A DNA stretch of 64,000 nucleotides from Octopus sinensis (GCF_006345805.1 NC_043012.1:4278001-4342000), one strand, 5' to 3'; positions 26,351 through 40,611 are shown, counted from the first letter of the stretch. The notes: a model not told the origin generated them from the letters alone. Made by a program: numbers and translations.

Positions 26351-29300
26351 TCACCAGCTTCAACTAACTGCCTGGCGTGATATGATATGAGTCTGTGATG
26401 TCATATGATGACATAAGTTTGTTTTGCTGGCTGTGAATTCGCAAGCTTATGATGGATCTGATGACATCAAACTGTAATGATGTGATTTTTGTGAGTTTCA
26501 AATGATGTGACGATATCATCATCATCATCACAGTCACCATTTAATATCCATTTCCTATGCTGGCATGGGTTCAAAGGTTTGACAAGACTGCATGAAGATC
26601 TACTGTCTGCTTTGGCATGGTTTCTATGGGTTAATCCCTTCCTAATGACTACCACTTTACAAGGTGTACTGGATGCTCTTTTATGTGGCACCAGCACCAG
26701 AACCAGTACTGGCAGGGTCACCAAATAATTTGCAAGACAAAGACCCCTCGAGTGGGAGGGTGTTAGTATTGAGAGAGATAGCTATGTGCCAAGTGATGAG
26801 AGCTTAAACCTTTTGATACCAGCCTCACCAAGACTGGCCTTGCTTCTATGATATAAACTTCCTACTTACACATAATCTAGATAAAAATTTCTTGTTAAGC
26901 TTCTATGTTAATTTATGTCCCAATTACCAACTTAGTAATGACAAAGATATTTTAGTAAATTCTTCATTATTTTCAAAATTAATCGGAATAAAGTGGGCGT
27001 ACTTCTAGAGAAACATGATAACAAAAAGGTCAAAGTGTGATCAGCTCCATCGTGTGACTTTTAGAAGCCCCCTGCAACTTTTTGTTTCAAGGCCCCATCC
27101 CTTCAATCAAAATTCATAATCTATGCACCTTTTATTCACAGCTATATTTTACTTTATTCTATCTGAAGTTCAATATTTCATGTTATCCTACAGAACATCT
27201 TTAAAAGTAAAACAAGTTAAATTTATTTAGGTCTATTACAAATTTCAAAAAGTCAAACTTCCATAGCTGTAGGAGTGGTTGTGTGGTAAGTAGCTTGCTT
27301 ACCAACCACATGGTCCCGGGTTCAGTCCCACTGCATGGCACCTTGGGCAAGTGTCTTCTACTATATCCTCGGGATGACTAAAGCCTTGTGAGTGGATTTG
27401 GTAGACGAAAACTGAAAGAAGCCTGTCGTATATATGTATATATCTACATATATATATGTGTGTGTGTGTGTGTGTCTGTGTTTGTCCCCCCCCCAACATC
27501 GCTTGACATCCAATGCTGGTGTGTTTATGTCCCCATAACTTAGTGATTCAGCAAAAGAGACCAATAGAATAAGTACTAGGCTTACAAAGAATAAGTCTTG
27601 GGGTCGATTTGCTCAATTAAAGGCAGTGGTCCAGCATGGCCACAGTCAAATGACTGAAACAAGTAAAGAAGAGAAGTAAAAGAGTAAAAAAGATATGAAT
27701 AAAAGAGAACTTTTATAATCCAGGCAACTTCCAATGACAAACATGGCACACTTTTTACTACCCGAAATCATCAATCAGTTCAGAATAATCAAGCTGAGAG
27801 CTAAGTTCAATAGATATCATAGGCAATCCACAAAGTCTGGTACAAATTTGTGGTACAATGTAATGTTTTTACAAGAACTTTTGCAGATACAATGTATTAC
27901 CATTTAATTTCAATTAACATAGTTTAATTCTTGTTCAACATCTTAACCAAAGCAAACAGATGACTTTGATCTATGTACTTTGATCTTAACATGGGGCCTC
28001 TCAACTGCAGTGGCCCCCTGTGACCGCAGGGGTTGCAGGGGCTAAGCGACGACCCTGAGCACGACAGAGGGACAGCAGCAGGTATCTTGCAGCAGAGGAA
28101 ATGTAAAAATGTGAATTTGTGATGATCAGTGTTTATGAGGATTTGATGTGACAATGTGGTGGTATGATGGTATGATGTTTGTGATGATATGATCAAGTGA
28201 TGTGATTATTGTGAGTCAACAAGATTATCATCTGCTAGCCTATGGGTTGATCTTGTGTTATTTGAGGAAACAGATTCCTCTCACACCCAGGCACTCCAAC
28301 ACTCACATAATGGCATTCACACACACACACACATACACATGCACAAGTGTGCACACACACACACACACACACACTTACATATTCAAACAACCTGATCCAA
28401 TTAACAGAATCTCTGATTGATGGGATGGAGAGAAGGGTCGGAGTAGGGGTGTGTTGGGGTGCTGACAGTGATGGTGGATGTCCAAATGCAGGACTTTTAT
28501 TACAACATTTAATTAAATGCAATTATTTTTGGTTCAGTTTTCTTAAACATAGGAGTGGTGGGGTTGGGTGGTGATTGTGGTGGTGGTAGTAGTGATGACT
28601 GCATTTGAAGGGCGGGGTAGGATGGGTTGGGAATAGCTGATAGAGTTGACTGTGGTAGTGGCATTGAAAGTTTTAAGCCATGGCCACAGTAATTATAATG
28701 GCAGAGATGGTGGAGGTCATCATAGTAGGGATGGTGATGGTGGTATAGTGGTATTGGTGGTGGTGACAGTGGTTATGTGGTAGTAGTGGCATTGGAATGT
28801 TATCAGCATAACAAATGGTGGTTTGCTGTTCAGTGGAAGTTCAAAGCTGTTGCTGTTTAATTCATTAGATCACCTCACCTACCATCTCACCTGGTCACTG
28901 CCAGCTTAATATATCAACTGGTGATTATTTGTCACATGTAAGATGAATCTGACTACTAGCAGAATCCACCATGAAGATTACCTCACTACACACCTTTAGC
29001 AAGGCAGAGCAAGAAGTATTCCTCTAACTCAAAATCTCCAATTAAGTACACACAAGCAAACACAGACAACCCAGAATCTACAGCTAAATAGACACAAGCA
29101 TTATAGGACAGTTATAAACACTGGGCGGATGTGATGAACTATTTGTCGAACACGACCATCAAGGAAAAAATTGCAAAAATGAAGTCTGTAATAAGAATTA
29201 TAGAGGAGGACAATATACGTGTGTCAGGCATGGAATGTATATTAATAGATATAAACATCATCATCATCATCATCGTTTAACATCTGCTTTCCATGCTAGC

Positions 29301-30517
29301 ATGGGTTGGACGGTTCGACTGGGGTCTGGGAAGCCAGGAGGCTGCACCAGGCCCAGTCTGATCAGGCAGTGTATCTACAGCTGGATGCCCTTTCTAACGC
29401 CAACCACTCCGTGAGTGTAGTGGGTACTTTTTACGTACCACCGGCATGGTGCCAGGCAAGGTTGCTTTTTACATGCCACCGGCAAGGAGGCCAGTCGGGG
29501 TGGCGCTGGTAACGGCCATGTTTGGATGGTTCTTTTATGTGCCACCGGCACTGGCATCACAATTACAATTTCCATTGATTTTTGAGTGATTTCGATTTCG
29601 ATTCCGATTTTACTTGTTTCAACAGGTCTTCGCAAGCAGAGTTTTGTGTCCCAAGAAGGAAAGGTATGCATAGAGGCCACGGGTTATGGCCTCACTTGTC
29701 CTGCCAGGTCTTCTCACGCACAGCATACTTCCAAAGGTCTCAGTCACTAGTCATTGCCTTGGCGAGACCTAATGTTCGAAGGTCGGGCTTCACCCCCTCG
29801 TCCCAGGTTTTCCTAGGTCTACCTCTTCCACATGTTCCCTCAACCGCTAGGGTGTGGCACTTTTTCACGCAACTATCTTCATCCATTCTCGCCACATGAC
29901 CATACCAGTGCAATTGTCTCTCTTGCACACTACAGCTGGGACCCACAAGGGTGAGAGGTAGGATATGATTATCTACCACCTGTGATGGAATTTGAACAAT
30001 TGAGACCATATTTTGTATATTAAAATGAATTAATTTAAAGGCGGGGAGCTGGCAGATACGTTAGCACGCTGGGCAAAATGCTTAGCAGTATTTCGTCTGC
30101 TGCTACATTCTGAGTTCAAATTCCTCCAAGGTCGAATTTGCCTTTCATCCTTTCGCAGTCGATTAAATAAGTACCAGTCAAGCACTGGGATTGATATAAA
30201 CGACTTAATCCGTTTGTCTGTCCTTGTTTGTCCCCTCTGCATGTAGCCCCTTGTGGGCAGTAAAGAAATAAGATGAATTAATTTGATAAACGTTGGTATA
30301 AGAAAGAGGAAAATAATATAGTTAAAATGGCACTGCTCGAAAGTGGGGGTTAGAGTAGCCATTACATCTCCATCCATTATATAAATCCCTTTTCATTCAT
30401 TCGCTTCATGTTTTTTGTTCCCACTTGTATTGTTCTGTCTGTCCTTGTACCATCCCCTCTGTATTCGTGCCTGTGTGCCCAATAAAAGAAATGAGAGCAA
30501 GAAGTATTCCTCTAACT

Positions 30518-30746
30518 CAGGGGATCTCAACCACTTTTTGCTTTTGGACCCCATTGATCCCTATTTTGCTCTGCTGGACTCCCATGTTATAAAAATTCCT
30601 ATTATATTTTTGCAATTAAATATAAGGAATTGTATATAAAAAATTGTTAGGAGTGGCTGTGTGGTAAGAAGCTTGCTTCCCAATCACATGGTTCCATGTT
30701 CAGTCCCACTGTGAGGCACCTTGAACAACCAAAACCATGGGAGTGG

Positions 30747-30779
<33 letters not shown>

Positions 30780-31081
30780 TGTATGTATGTATGTATGTAT
30801 GTATGTATGTGTGTGTGTGTGTGTTTGTATGTATGTATTTGTATGCCTGTATTTGTCACCCAACACAACTGCTTGATAACTGATGTTAGTGTGTTTACAT
30901 CCCTGTACATTAGCAGTTCAGCAATAGAGACTGATAGAATAAGTACTAGGTCACACGCAAATGTCTGAAACAAATAAAAGAATATAGTGGAAGTATAATC
31001 AATTTATTTCTCATAAACTTTAATTACCAAATCTGTTTTTGGACTCGCAAGGGCCATGTGGATTTCTGTTGAGAACCACTG
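30518..31081. mobile_element. hAT (Charlie-like) MITE interrupted by a SINE
   Basis: TIRs CAGGGGATCTCAAC / GTTGAGAACCACTG; 8-bp TSD CTCTAACT / TTTTAACT; SINE A inserted at 30648-30985. Confidence 0.75.
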
Positions 31082-31375
31082 TTTTAACTAGGAGCCATGG
31101 TAAAAGAGACTGTGTGGTGACCGAGGCTGAAAGGATTGAAGAAAGACACCTTCCTCTTTGGTCAAGCCCTCATTAGTCTTTTTTTTTTATAAATTCCACT
31201 TGGAGAGGAAAATGAGGGTGGAGAGGGAAGTGCTCTCTCTCAGTGAATTTGTGAAAAGGCGGGTGACTGGCAAAAATGGTTATGGTGAAAGGACCTACCT
31301 ATATAAGCCTGTGCCTATATATTGGTAAACAACATTTGGGTGTTGATGAAACAAGTATCAGTCATGTACAGGGGG

Positions 31376-31970
31376 TACACATCCAAGGAAGGCAGCAGGT
31401 GTGCAAATTACCCATTCCCGGCATGGGGAGGTAGTGATGAAAAATAACAATGTGGGACTCTGTTGAGGCCCCGCGATCGGAATGAGTACACTTCAAATCC
31501 ATTAACAAGGATTGAGCAGAGGGCAAGTCTGGTGCCAGCAGCCACGGTAATTCCAGCTCTGGTAGTGTATATTAAAATTGTTGCATTTGAAAAGCTTGTA
31601 GTCGTAATTCAGGTCTCAAAAACGTGCCTGAGCATGTTTGGGGCGACGGCACCATCGCGGGTGTGCCTCATGCACGTCTGCATCGGTTGTCCATTCACAC
31701 TCCCAGCCCTATTTGCTGGGATGTGCACGGTCAGGCTGTGGAGCTCTGTGTGCATCGCTGCCATGTCGGCTGCCCTGCCCTGTCTTTGCTCATCCAGTTT
31801 CACACCTGCAGGGCATAACTTTGGCGTCATTGCACAGGTTGGTGCGTGAGCCACGGGGCAGGTGTTGTCGGGCATCACCGTTCGCATTGCGGTAGAATGT
31901 CCACTTCCTGATCATTTTGGCCCACATGGTTCCTCCAAGGGTGCTCTTCAATGAGTGTCTGAGGCAGCCA
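31376..31970 (+). pseudogene. 18S rRNA pseudogene fragment (helix 17-18 region through V4)
   Basis: ACATCCAAGGAAGGCAGCAGG..CAAATTACCC..GGGGAGGTAGTGA..GAGGGCAAGTCTGGTGCCAGCAGCC.CGGTAATTCCAGCTC..TATATTAAA..AAAAGCT.GTAGT, with homology resuming at GGTGCTCTTCAATGAGTGTC (31940-31959). Truncated and substituted at invariant sites. Confidence 0.93.
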
Positions 31971-32582
31971 ATATGTGTAATTGGCTTGGATCTTCCCCAA
32001 AAATTGATGGCCTTGTGCCAAAATTTAAAAGAATACCAATCTGAAGAAAGAATTCTGGTTTCAAGTTTTGCACAAGGCCAACAAGCTCAGGGTAATGGAT
32101 TAAGTTGATTGCATCAACCTCAGTACTCAACTGGTACTTATTTTGTCGACCCTGAAAAGATAAAAGGCAAACTCACCCTCAGTAGAACTTGAACTCAGAA
32201 AGTAAATACAGATGAAATGCTGCTGAGCATTTCACCTGGCATGCTAGCGATTCTGCCAGCTTGCTGCATTAATCTGAAGAAAGAATATTAATCAGACAGA
32301 CAACATCATCATCATCATCATCATTTAATGTCTGCTTTCCATTCTGGCATGGGCTGGACGGTTTGATTGAGGACTGTCAAGCAATGAGGCTGCACCAGGC
32401 TCCAATCTGATCTGGCAAGTTTTCTACAGCTGGATGCCCTTCCTAATGCCAACTACTCCAAGAGTGTAGTGGTGCTTTTTACATGCCACCGGCATGGGAG
32501 CCAGTCAGATGGCACTGGCATTGACCACACTTGAATGGTGCTTTTTATGTGCCACCAGCATGGGAGCCAGCCAGTCAGCCGC

Positions 32583-32920
32583 TCTCCAGCTATCTATTTA
32601 AGGCTGTATATGGCTATGGTGTGGCCACACTTGGAATTTGCATCACCAGTCTGGAACCCCTATTTTGCTTAGAACATTGATCTCCTGGAAACTGTTCAGA
32701 GATGCGCAGCCAAGTGAATACCCTTCATCAGGCATCTCTGAATGCTTGTTGTCTATGTCATTAATGTATGCAACAAACACAAGGGGCCAAGAACAGATCC
32801 CTGCAGTACACCAGATGACATCTCATAGGGTGAAGAATGCTGCCCTAGGACCATGACTACCTCTTTTTGGCTGAGCATGAAGGACTCCAACCTATTAAAA
32901 AGATCATCTTCCATACCTAT
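32583..32920. mobile_element. Rearranged CR1 remnant (two pieces in opposite orientation)
   Basis: On + at 32583-32735: YLRLYMAMVWPHLEFASPVWNPY..DLLETVQR. On - at 32736-32920: SSGVLQGSVLGPL (RT motif B'). Confidence 0.75.
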
Positions 32921-33164
32921 TGCAGAGAGTTTGTATGTGTCTGTGCACATGGATGCGTTTTTACCCCATGACTGCTTGACAACTGTTGTCAGTGTGTTTT
33001 GTCCCCATAACTTAGAGGTTAGGCAAAAGAGACTGACTGAATAAGTAGCAGGCTTTTAAGAAAACAAGTTCTGGGGTTGATTTGTTTAACTAAAATTCTT
33101 CAAGAAAGTGCCCCAGCATGGCCATGGTCTGATTGAAACAAGTCAAAGATGAAAGATAAAAGAT

Positions 33165-33167
33165 AAA

Positions 33168-33214
<47 letters not shown>

Positions 33215-33290
33215 GGATGATGATGATGAGGATGATGATAATGATGATGAGGAGGAGGAGGGCTAGAAAGATGATGGTGATGATGATGAA
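33165..33290. repeat. (GAT)n/(GAG)n triplet array
   Basis: Directly visible. Other triplet arrays: (CAC)n at 1-80 and 11320-11440, (AAT)n at 2815-2880. Confidence 0.95.
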
Positions 33291-34133
33291 CAGACTTATG
33301 ATCAGAGGAGTTCCAGCCTTGACCATCTACTCATATTATTTTTTTATTACAAACAGTGTACATCAGATTATATTATTCAATGAATTCGTTTTAAAGACTG
33401 TAAAGTTGTGATCTGATGGAAATTTGACTGCTATTTCTAGCTGGTCGAGTGACCACATGCAGCAGAGTTAATCCGTCTGAATTTAAACATATTTATACAG
33501 CACAATGGATATTGTTTGTCTTACAAAATTTGTGCGTTTATTCACACACACTTACACACACACACACACTTACACACACACACACACTTACACACACACA
33601 CACACTTACACACACACACACACTTACACACACTTACACACACACATCCGTGGCAAATGAAGTGTTTTCATTTATGTTATGCTGTTTGTGTTTGCCTTTA
33701 TTAATGTCTTATTAAACAAATAAATAGATCATTTACACTCATGAAACCACTTCATGTTTTTACTGGCAACCAACCAGCCTGCCAACCGGCCAACCAGCCA
33801 ACCAGCCAACCAACCACCCTGCCAATCAGCCAACCAGCCAACCAACCACCCTGCCAACCAGCCAACCAACCACCCTGCCAACCAGCCAACCAGCTTACCA
33901 CAGAAAATTGATTAAATCCCAACCCTTCAAAACAACAACAATAATAATTATATAGGCACAGGAGTGGCTGTGTGGTACGTAGCTTGCTTACCAACCACAT
34001 GGTTCCGGGTTCAGTCCCACTGCATGGAACCTTGGGCAAGTGTCTTCTACTATATCCTCAGGCCGACCAAAGCCTTGTGAGTGGATTTGGTAGATGGAAA
34101 CTGAAAGAAGCCTGTCGTATATGTGTGTGTATG

Positions 34134-34172
<39 letters not shown>

Positions 34173-34173
34173 T

Positions 34174-34213
<40 letters not shown>

Positions 34214-34946
34214 TATGTATATATATGTATGTATGTATGTGTGTATGTTTGTGTGTCTGTATTTGTCCCCCCTTGACAACCGATGCTGGTGTATTTACGT
34301 CCCCGTAACTTAACGGTTCAGCAAAAGGGGTCGATTGAATAAGTACTAGGCTTACAAAGAACAAGTCCTGGTGTTGATTTGCTCAAATAAAGGTGGTGCT
34401 CCAGCAAGGCCGCAGTCAAATGACTGAAACAAGTAAAAGAGTAAAAAGAGAGCTGTGGATTATTGATCAGCCACAAATGCTACTGATGGCCACCACAACT
34501 TGGCATCTGTCATTTAGGATGTCCTAAACTAATTTGCCTAGTTTTCCTACAGAGCTAAGATGTTACTTCTGACTTATTAAACTAATGCTCTACTTTGTAG
34601 AAAACCGTTTGCAAGTTCCATATCGGTCAATACTGTGTTTGAATGGTTGACCAGTTGCTTTAACACCCAGCAATAAATGTTGGAGCATTTATGTGAAGCA
34701 GCTTCTGCTTGGCTGCAAACCATGTGGTGTAATGCTACATAAGCCATTCTCTTATAAGAAGGTAATCAGTTTCTCTTTGATAATTTCTTCCATGACCTTG
34801 CTGATATGTCAAGTCAAGAGAGATAGGCCTGTAAATTTTAGCATCTGCCATTCTTCCTCAATTATGCTACACACACACACACACACACACATAATGTATG
34901 TATGTATGTGTGTATGTATGTATGTGTGTATGTATGTATGTATGTA

Positions 34947-34979
<33 letters not shown>

Positions 34980-36289
34980 ATGTATGTATGTGTGTATGTA
35001 GGTATGTATGTATGTATGTGTGTATGTATGTATGTATGTATGTGTGTATGTAGGTATGTATGTATATATGTATGTATGTATATATGTATGTATGTGTGTA
35101 TGTATGTATGTATATATGTATGTATGTGTGTATGTATGTATGTATGTATGTATGTATGTATGTATGTATGTATGTGTGTATGTATGTATGTATGTATGTG
35201 TGTATGTAGGTATGTATATATATATGTATGTATATATGTTTATATGTATGTATGCATGCATATATATATATATATATATATATTACATTCTCTTTCAGAT
35301 CTATGGTGGGTGAGCTAGTGACTTAAAACAAAAGAGCTTTGATAAACTAATTCAAGTGGTTTGGCTAGAAGTATTTATATGTTTTTGAAAACTCGTTAGG
35401 AGACCACCAGGAGCCTGTTATCTTTTTACGCTTTACTCAGGAGTAGTGAAGGTGTGTGGCCTAATTGCCAGGGTGGAGGGCTCACAGCTGTTAGATTGCG
35501 AGTTCATTTTTGGGACTCGGCAGTGCGTTGTATTCTTGAGTATAGGACTTGCATTTCACAGTGCTTTAGTCCATACAGTTGTAAATGAGTATCACCAGCA
35601 GTTACAATTATATGAAGGGTACAATTGTTCATAATATGAAACAATGCTGAAGGACTGTCTCTGTCAAACCATCTGTAATATGTAAGCATAAGAGAACAGA
35701 TAAGATGAATTGGGATAGAGTGTATAGAAGTAGAATTCAGTCACCCAACAGATGTTAGTGTGAAGATAGGGGAGAAAGAAAATAAAGCTGAACTGATGAG
35801 GAATCAGTAGATATACTCCTTGGCCTGTAGCTTTACCATTATAGCTGTGATTGTTGGAGCACTTGGATATATAACTAACTGCCTCAGCATGTGTCTTGAG
35901 AAGCTGAGTTTCACAAAACCAGAAAGGAGACAGGCTAATTATGAAGTTATAATTACAAGTCATTAATAGAACAGTGAAAATATATAAGACATTCTAGAAG
36001 TTTAGCATGTAATAATTGATGGCATACAAGCGTATGTAAATGTACACATACTTAAGTCAAAACATACAGATTCAATCATATAATGATAATCATTCTTGCA
36101 CACATACATATGTATACCATGTACATATACATACAAACATACATAGGTGCAAGAGTGGCTGTGTGGTAAGTAGCTTGCTTACCAACCACATGCTTTTGGG
36201 TCCCACTGTGTGGCACCTTGGGCAGGTGTCTTCTACTATAGCCTTGGGCCAACCAAAGCTTTGGTAGATAGAAACTGAAAGAGGCCTGT

Positions 36290-36328
<39 letters not shown>

Positions 36329-37147
36329 TCATCATCATCATCATCAGCATCATTTTTTAACATCTGCTTTCCATGCTAGCATGGGTTGGACGATTTGACT
36401 GAGGACTGGTGAACCCGATGGCTGCACCAGGCTCCAATCTGATCTGGCAGAGTTTCTACAGCTGGGCTCCACCTACAAGGTCATGAGCTGTTTATTTTGA
36501 TATGTGATCACCATGTCGCACATATATGGTTGTGATGCATGTGCCTAGTGTACCCTTATCAGACGGGTAGTCATGATGGGTATATATGTATATATATACC
36601 CACCGTTGTATATATATATATAAATATATAAAGTTAATCCAAACAAGAAAACAAAAAAAAAACAACAATGCAAGGATGTGGAAAAATAAAGTATTATTGG
36701 ACGCTCAGGAAAGAAGGGAAGAAGGATATATATATATAGGCGCAGGAGTGGCTGTGTGGTAAGTAGCTTGCCAACCAACCACATGGTTCCGGGTTCAGTC
36801 CCACTGCATGGCATCTTGGGCAAGTGTCTTCTGCTATAGCCCCGGGCCGACCAATGCCTTGTGAGTAGATTTGGTAGACGGAAACTGAAAGAAGCCCATC
36901 GTATATATGTATATGTATATATATGTATGTGTGTGTTTGTGTGTCTGTGTTTGTCTCCCTAGCATTGCTTGACAACCGATGCTGGTGTGTTTACGTCCCC
37001 GTAACTTAGCGGTTTGGCAAAAGAGACCGATAGAATAAGTACTGGGCTTACAAAAAATAAGTGTCGGGGTCGATTTGCTCGACTAAAAGGCGGTGCTCCA
37101 GCATGGCCGCAGTCAAATGACTGAAACAAGTAAAAGAGAAAAGAGAA

Positions 37148-37271
<124 letters not shown>

Positions 37272-37336
37272 TATATATTATATATATATATATAATATAT
37301 ATATATCTATATATATATATATATGTATATTTAAAT

Positions 37337-37379
<43 letters not shown>

Positions 37380-38926
37380 GTGTGTGTGTGTGTATGTTTA
37401 TGTGTCTGTGTTTGTCCCCCCAGCATTGCTTAAGAACCGATGCTGGTGTGTTTATGTACCCATAACTTAGCGGTTCGGCAAAGGAGACCGATAGAATAAG
37501 TACTAGGCTTACAAAGAATAAGTCCTGGGGTCGATTTGCTTGGCTAAAAGGTGGTGCTTCAGCATGGCCACAGTCAAATGACTGAAACAAGTAAAAGGAG
37601 TATATGCATTCACACACACATGCAAACACACACACACACACACATCACCACAATGTCATGCTCATCATCATCTACTCTTTTACGCCCACTTTCTCTGTAA
37701 TATGACATGGGGTGGACAAGACTTGCTATGGCAATATTCTTCCATAACAATGGTTGAAGTGCCTTGCTCAAGGACACAACACATGTAGAAGCACAAAAAT
37801 AAACACACAAACACATGCACATTCACATAAATACCATTTACACCAAGCAGTTTGATTCCATAACAATGGTTTACATTGTTAGTGAAGTCAGACTTTATAA
37901 AGACACCTAGGTCACTTGATCTCATTTATATATATTTGCTTTCTTTTATTCATATGTTTGTTTATCTCTTTAATTATTTACCTATTCAATTATTTATTTA
38001 CTTAGGCACTAAAAGAAATAGGTTGTTAAAAATTTAACATCAGTTCAACTTATAAAGTGGTGTGTTTGTAATACCTGTGAGCTGTTGTGTATTTAAAGTG
38101 CAGGCATGGCTGAAGGATTAAGAAGTTTGCTTTGTAATTCTGAAGTCCCAGTTTCAATCCAACAGCATGGTATTGTTGTCAGTGTCTTTTATTACAAATT
38201 CTGGTCAGTCCTAAGCTTTATGAGTATACATATATATATATGTATATATGTAAAAAGCACCATCTGTTTGTGGCCGTTGCCAGCCTCGCCTGGCCCCCGT
38301 ACCGGTGGCACGTAAAAAGCACCATCCGTCCGTGGCCGTCTGCCACATAAAAAGCACCCACTACACTCACGGAGTGGTTGGCGTTAGAAAGGGCATCCAG
38401 CTGTAGAAACACTGCTAGATCAGACTGGGCCTGATGCAGCCTTCTGGCTTCCCAGATCCCAGTTGAACCGTCCAACCCATGCTAGCATGGAAAACGGACG
38501 CTAAATGATGATGATGATGATGATGATGTGCGAGTGTTTGTATGTATTTGTCCCCTCACCATCGCTTGACAAACAATGCTGGTGTGTTTATGTCCTCTTA
38601 ACTTAGCAATTCAGCAAAAGAGACCGATAGAATAAATACTAGACTTACAAAGAATAAGTCCTGGGGCCGATTTGTTCGACTAAATGTGGTGCTCTAGCAT
38701 ATATATATATACAAATGAGTGGACAATTGAAAGAAGGGCAGCCAACACATTTATTGGGAGTTGCATGCATGGATCAAAACAGTTTGATTCAAATTTGTTG
38801 GTACTCCGAGAGTTTCAAGCATGATTCTAATCTTCAGCCATTTTGAATATGAAAATGGCTGAAGATTAGTATCACACTTGAAACTTTCAGAGTTCCAATG
38901 AATTTGAATCAAACTTGTTTTGATCC

Positions 38927-38957
<31 letters not shown>

Positions 38958-39117
38958 CAATTAAGGAACGGCCATAATAGGCCATTCACCCACTAGAAAT
39001 AACAGCCAAAGCTTCTACCGCAAATAAAGATTAATTCCGTAAACAGGAGAAAATTTAAAAAAATTTACCCTGTAATTTCTTGTACGGTATACCGTTTCAT
39101 CCGCTTCATATATACCG

Positions 39118-39177
<60 letters not shown>

Positions 39178-39182
39178 TATAG

Positions 39183-39241
<59 letters not shown>

Positions 39242-39679
39242 CAAGGGTTGGGTTTGACGGAGGCAAAGTGGCTGAGTTCCTTTCAAGTGTTGGGCCTCAC
39301 GGAGGCAATAACCAAGAGCTTTGGAATTATGTCATGCTTGAGAAGAAGATCCATTAAGCCAAGCAAAATCAGTCATGGCAGATACTGGTGTCATGCAAAT
39401 GGGCACCCATGCCGGTGGCATGTAAATGCACCCTCGTGTCACACAAATGGTACCTGTGCTGGTAGCACGTAGAAGCACCCATTACACTCTTGGAGTGGTT
39501 GGCTTTAGGAAGGGCATTCTGCTGTAGAAAACCATCCCAAATCAGACTGGAGTGTGGTGCAGCCTTCCAGCATGCAGCTTGGTCAACTTGTTCAACCCAT
39601 GCCAACATGGACAACAGATGTTAAATGATGATGATAATGATGATGATGAAGATGATGATATATATATATATATATATAT

Positions 39680-39870
39680 ATCGCCATGATAGATCGTTAG
39701 CCACTACACACATTTTTTTCTCTCCTTGTTTTTTTTCGGTGTACCTTTCTGTAGAAGAGCGTAGGCTCAAAACGTAAAAAACTTTTTCTATTCCTGAGTG
39801 TTATACTAATACATCTGTTTGTTTTGTACACCACCTGTCTTCGTCTTTTGTTTTTTTTTTGTAAACTTTC
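39680..39870 (+). mobile_element. Penelope-like terminal fragment with a mutated hammerhead core
   Basis: CTGTAGA-A-GAGC-GTAG-GCTC-AAAAC (39749-39773) has hammerhead geometry with two core substitutions; flanked by (TA)n. Confidence 0.5.
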
Positions 39871-40611
39871 CCTATATATATATGTATATAAATATACATA
39901 TATATATGATGGACTCTTCTGCCAAAGATGACGTGTGAATGCTCAGCTTTTACCAAATGATCTGCACAAATGATTTATTTGTAGTGATCGAAGGTTCATG
40001 TCATACATTAGTTCACTCTGTCCATTGAAACAATGTTACCTGAGCAGGTGCACAGGTGTATCATGTGTCAGTTGTTGAAGGCATTACAGCGCAATGTGAA
40101 ATGAAGTGTTTTGCTCATGATGACGATGACAACAATGGTACCAATGCTGAGGAAACAGTGACATTGATGATGACACTGATGATGGTGATGTACATGATGG
40201 CAATCGCTATTACACCATGAAAAAAAAAATGTAAGCTAGGGGAGAGAGAGAGAGAGGGAGAGAGAGGGAGAGAGTGAGAGAGAGAGAGGGAGAGAGAGAG
40301 AGAGGGAGAGAGAGAGAGTGAGTGAGAGAGAGAGAGAGAGTGTGTATTGCAGTTCAAACCGCACTGCCTCACCCAATCGTTTTAAGACTTCCATTAATTG
40401 GTAAGTCTGAATAAATTATGAGAGAAATGAACAAAGTTGTTTTGTTTAAAAGATGGCTGAAAGATGGGGAAATAATTGTGATTGAACTGAGAGTAAACAG
40501 GGAACAGATAATGGCACATTGATTGCTTTCCTTTGACTGGCATACAATGTGCTACCATTATTGGTTGTTGTTGTTGTTGCTGCTGCTGTTGCTGGTGGTG
40601 TTGTTATTGTT

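Noticed and set aside
25400-26390. ORFs of ~300 aa in three frames
   Set aside because: A C/T-only tract cannot contain stop codons; the products are F/L/S/P low-complexity artefacts.
28900-29030. Minus-strand peptide VIFMVDSAS resembling an ARF-family strand
   Set aside because: A stop follows shortly, and no other GTPase motifs or supporting exons were found.
31376-31970. Functional rDNA unit
   Set aside because: It is a ~600-nt internal fragment with substitutions in invariant helices and no ITS, 5.8S or 28S context.
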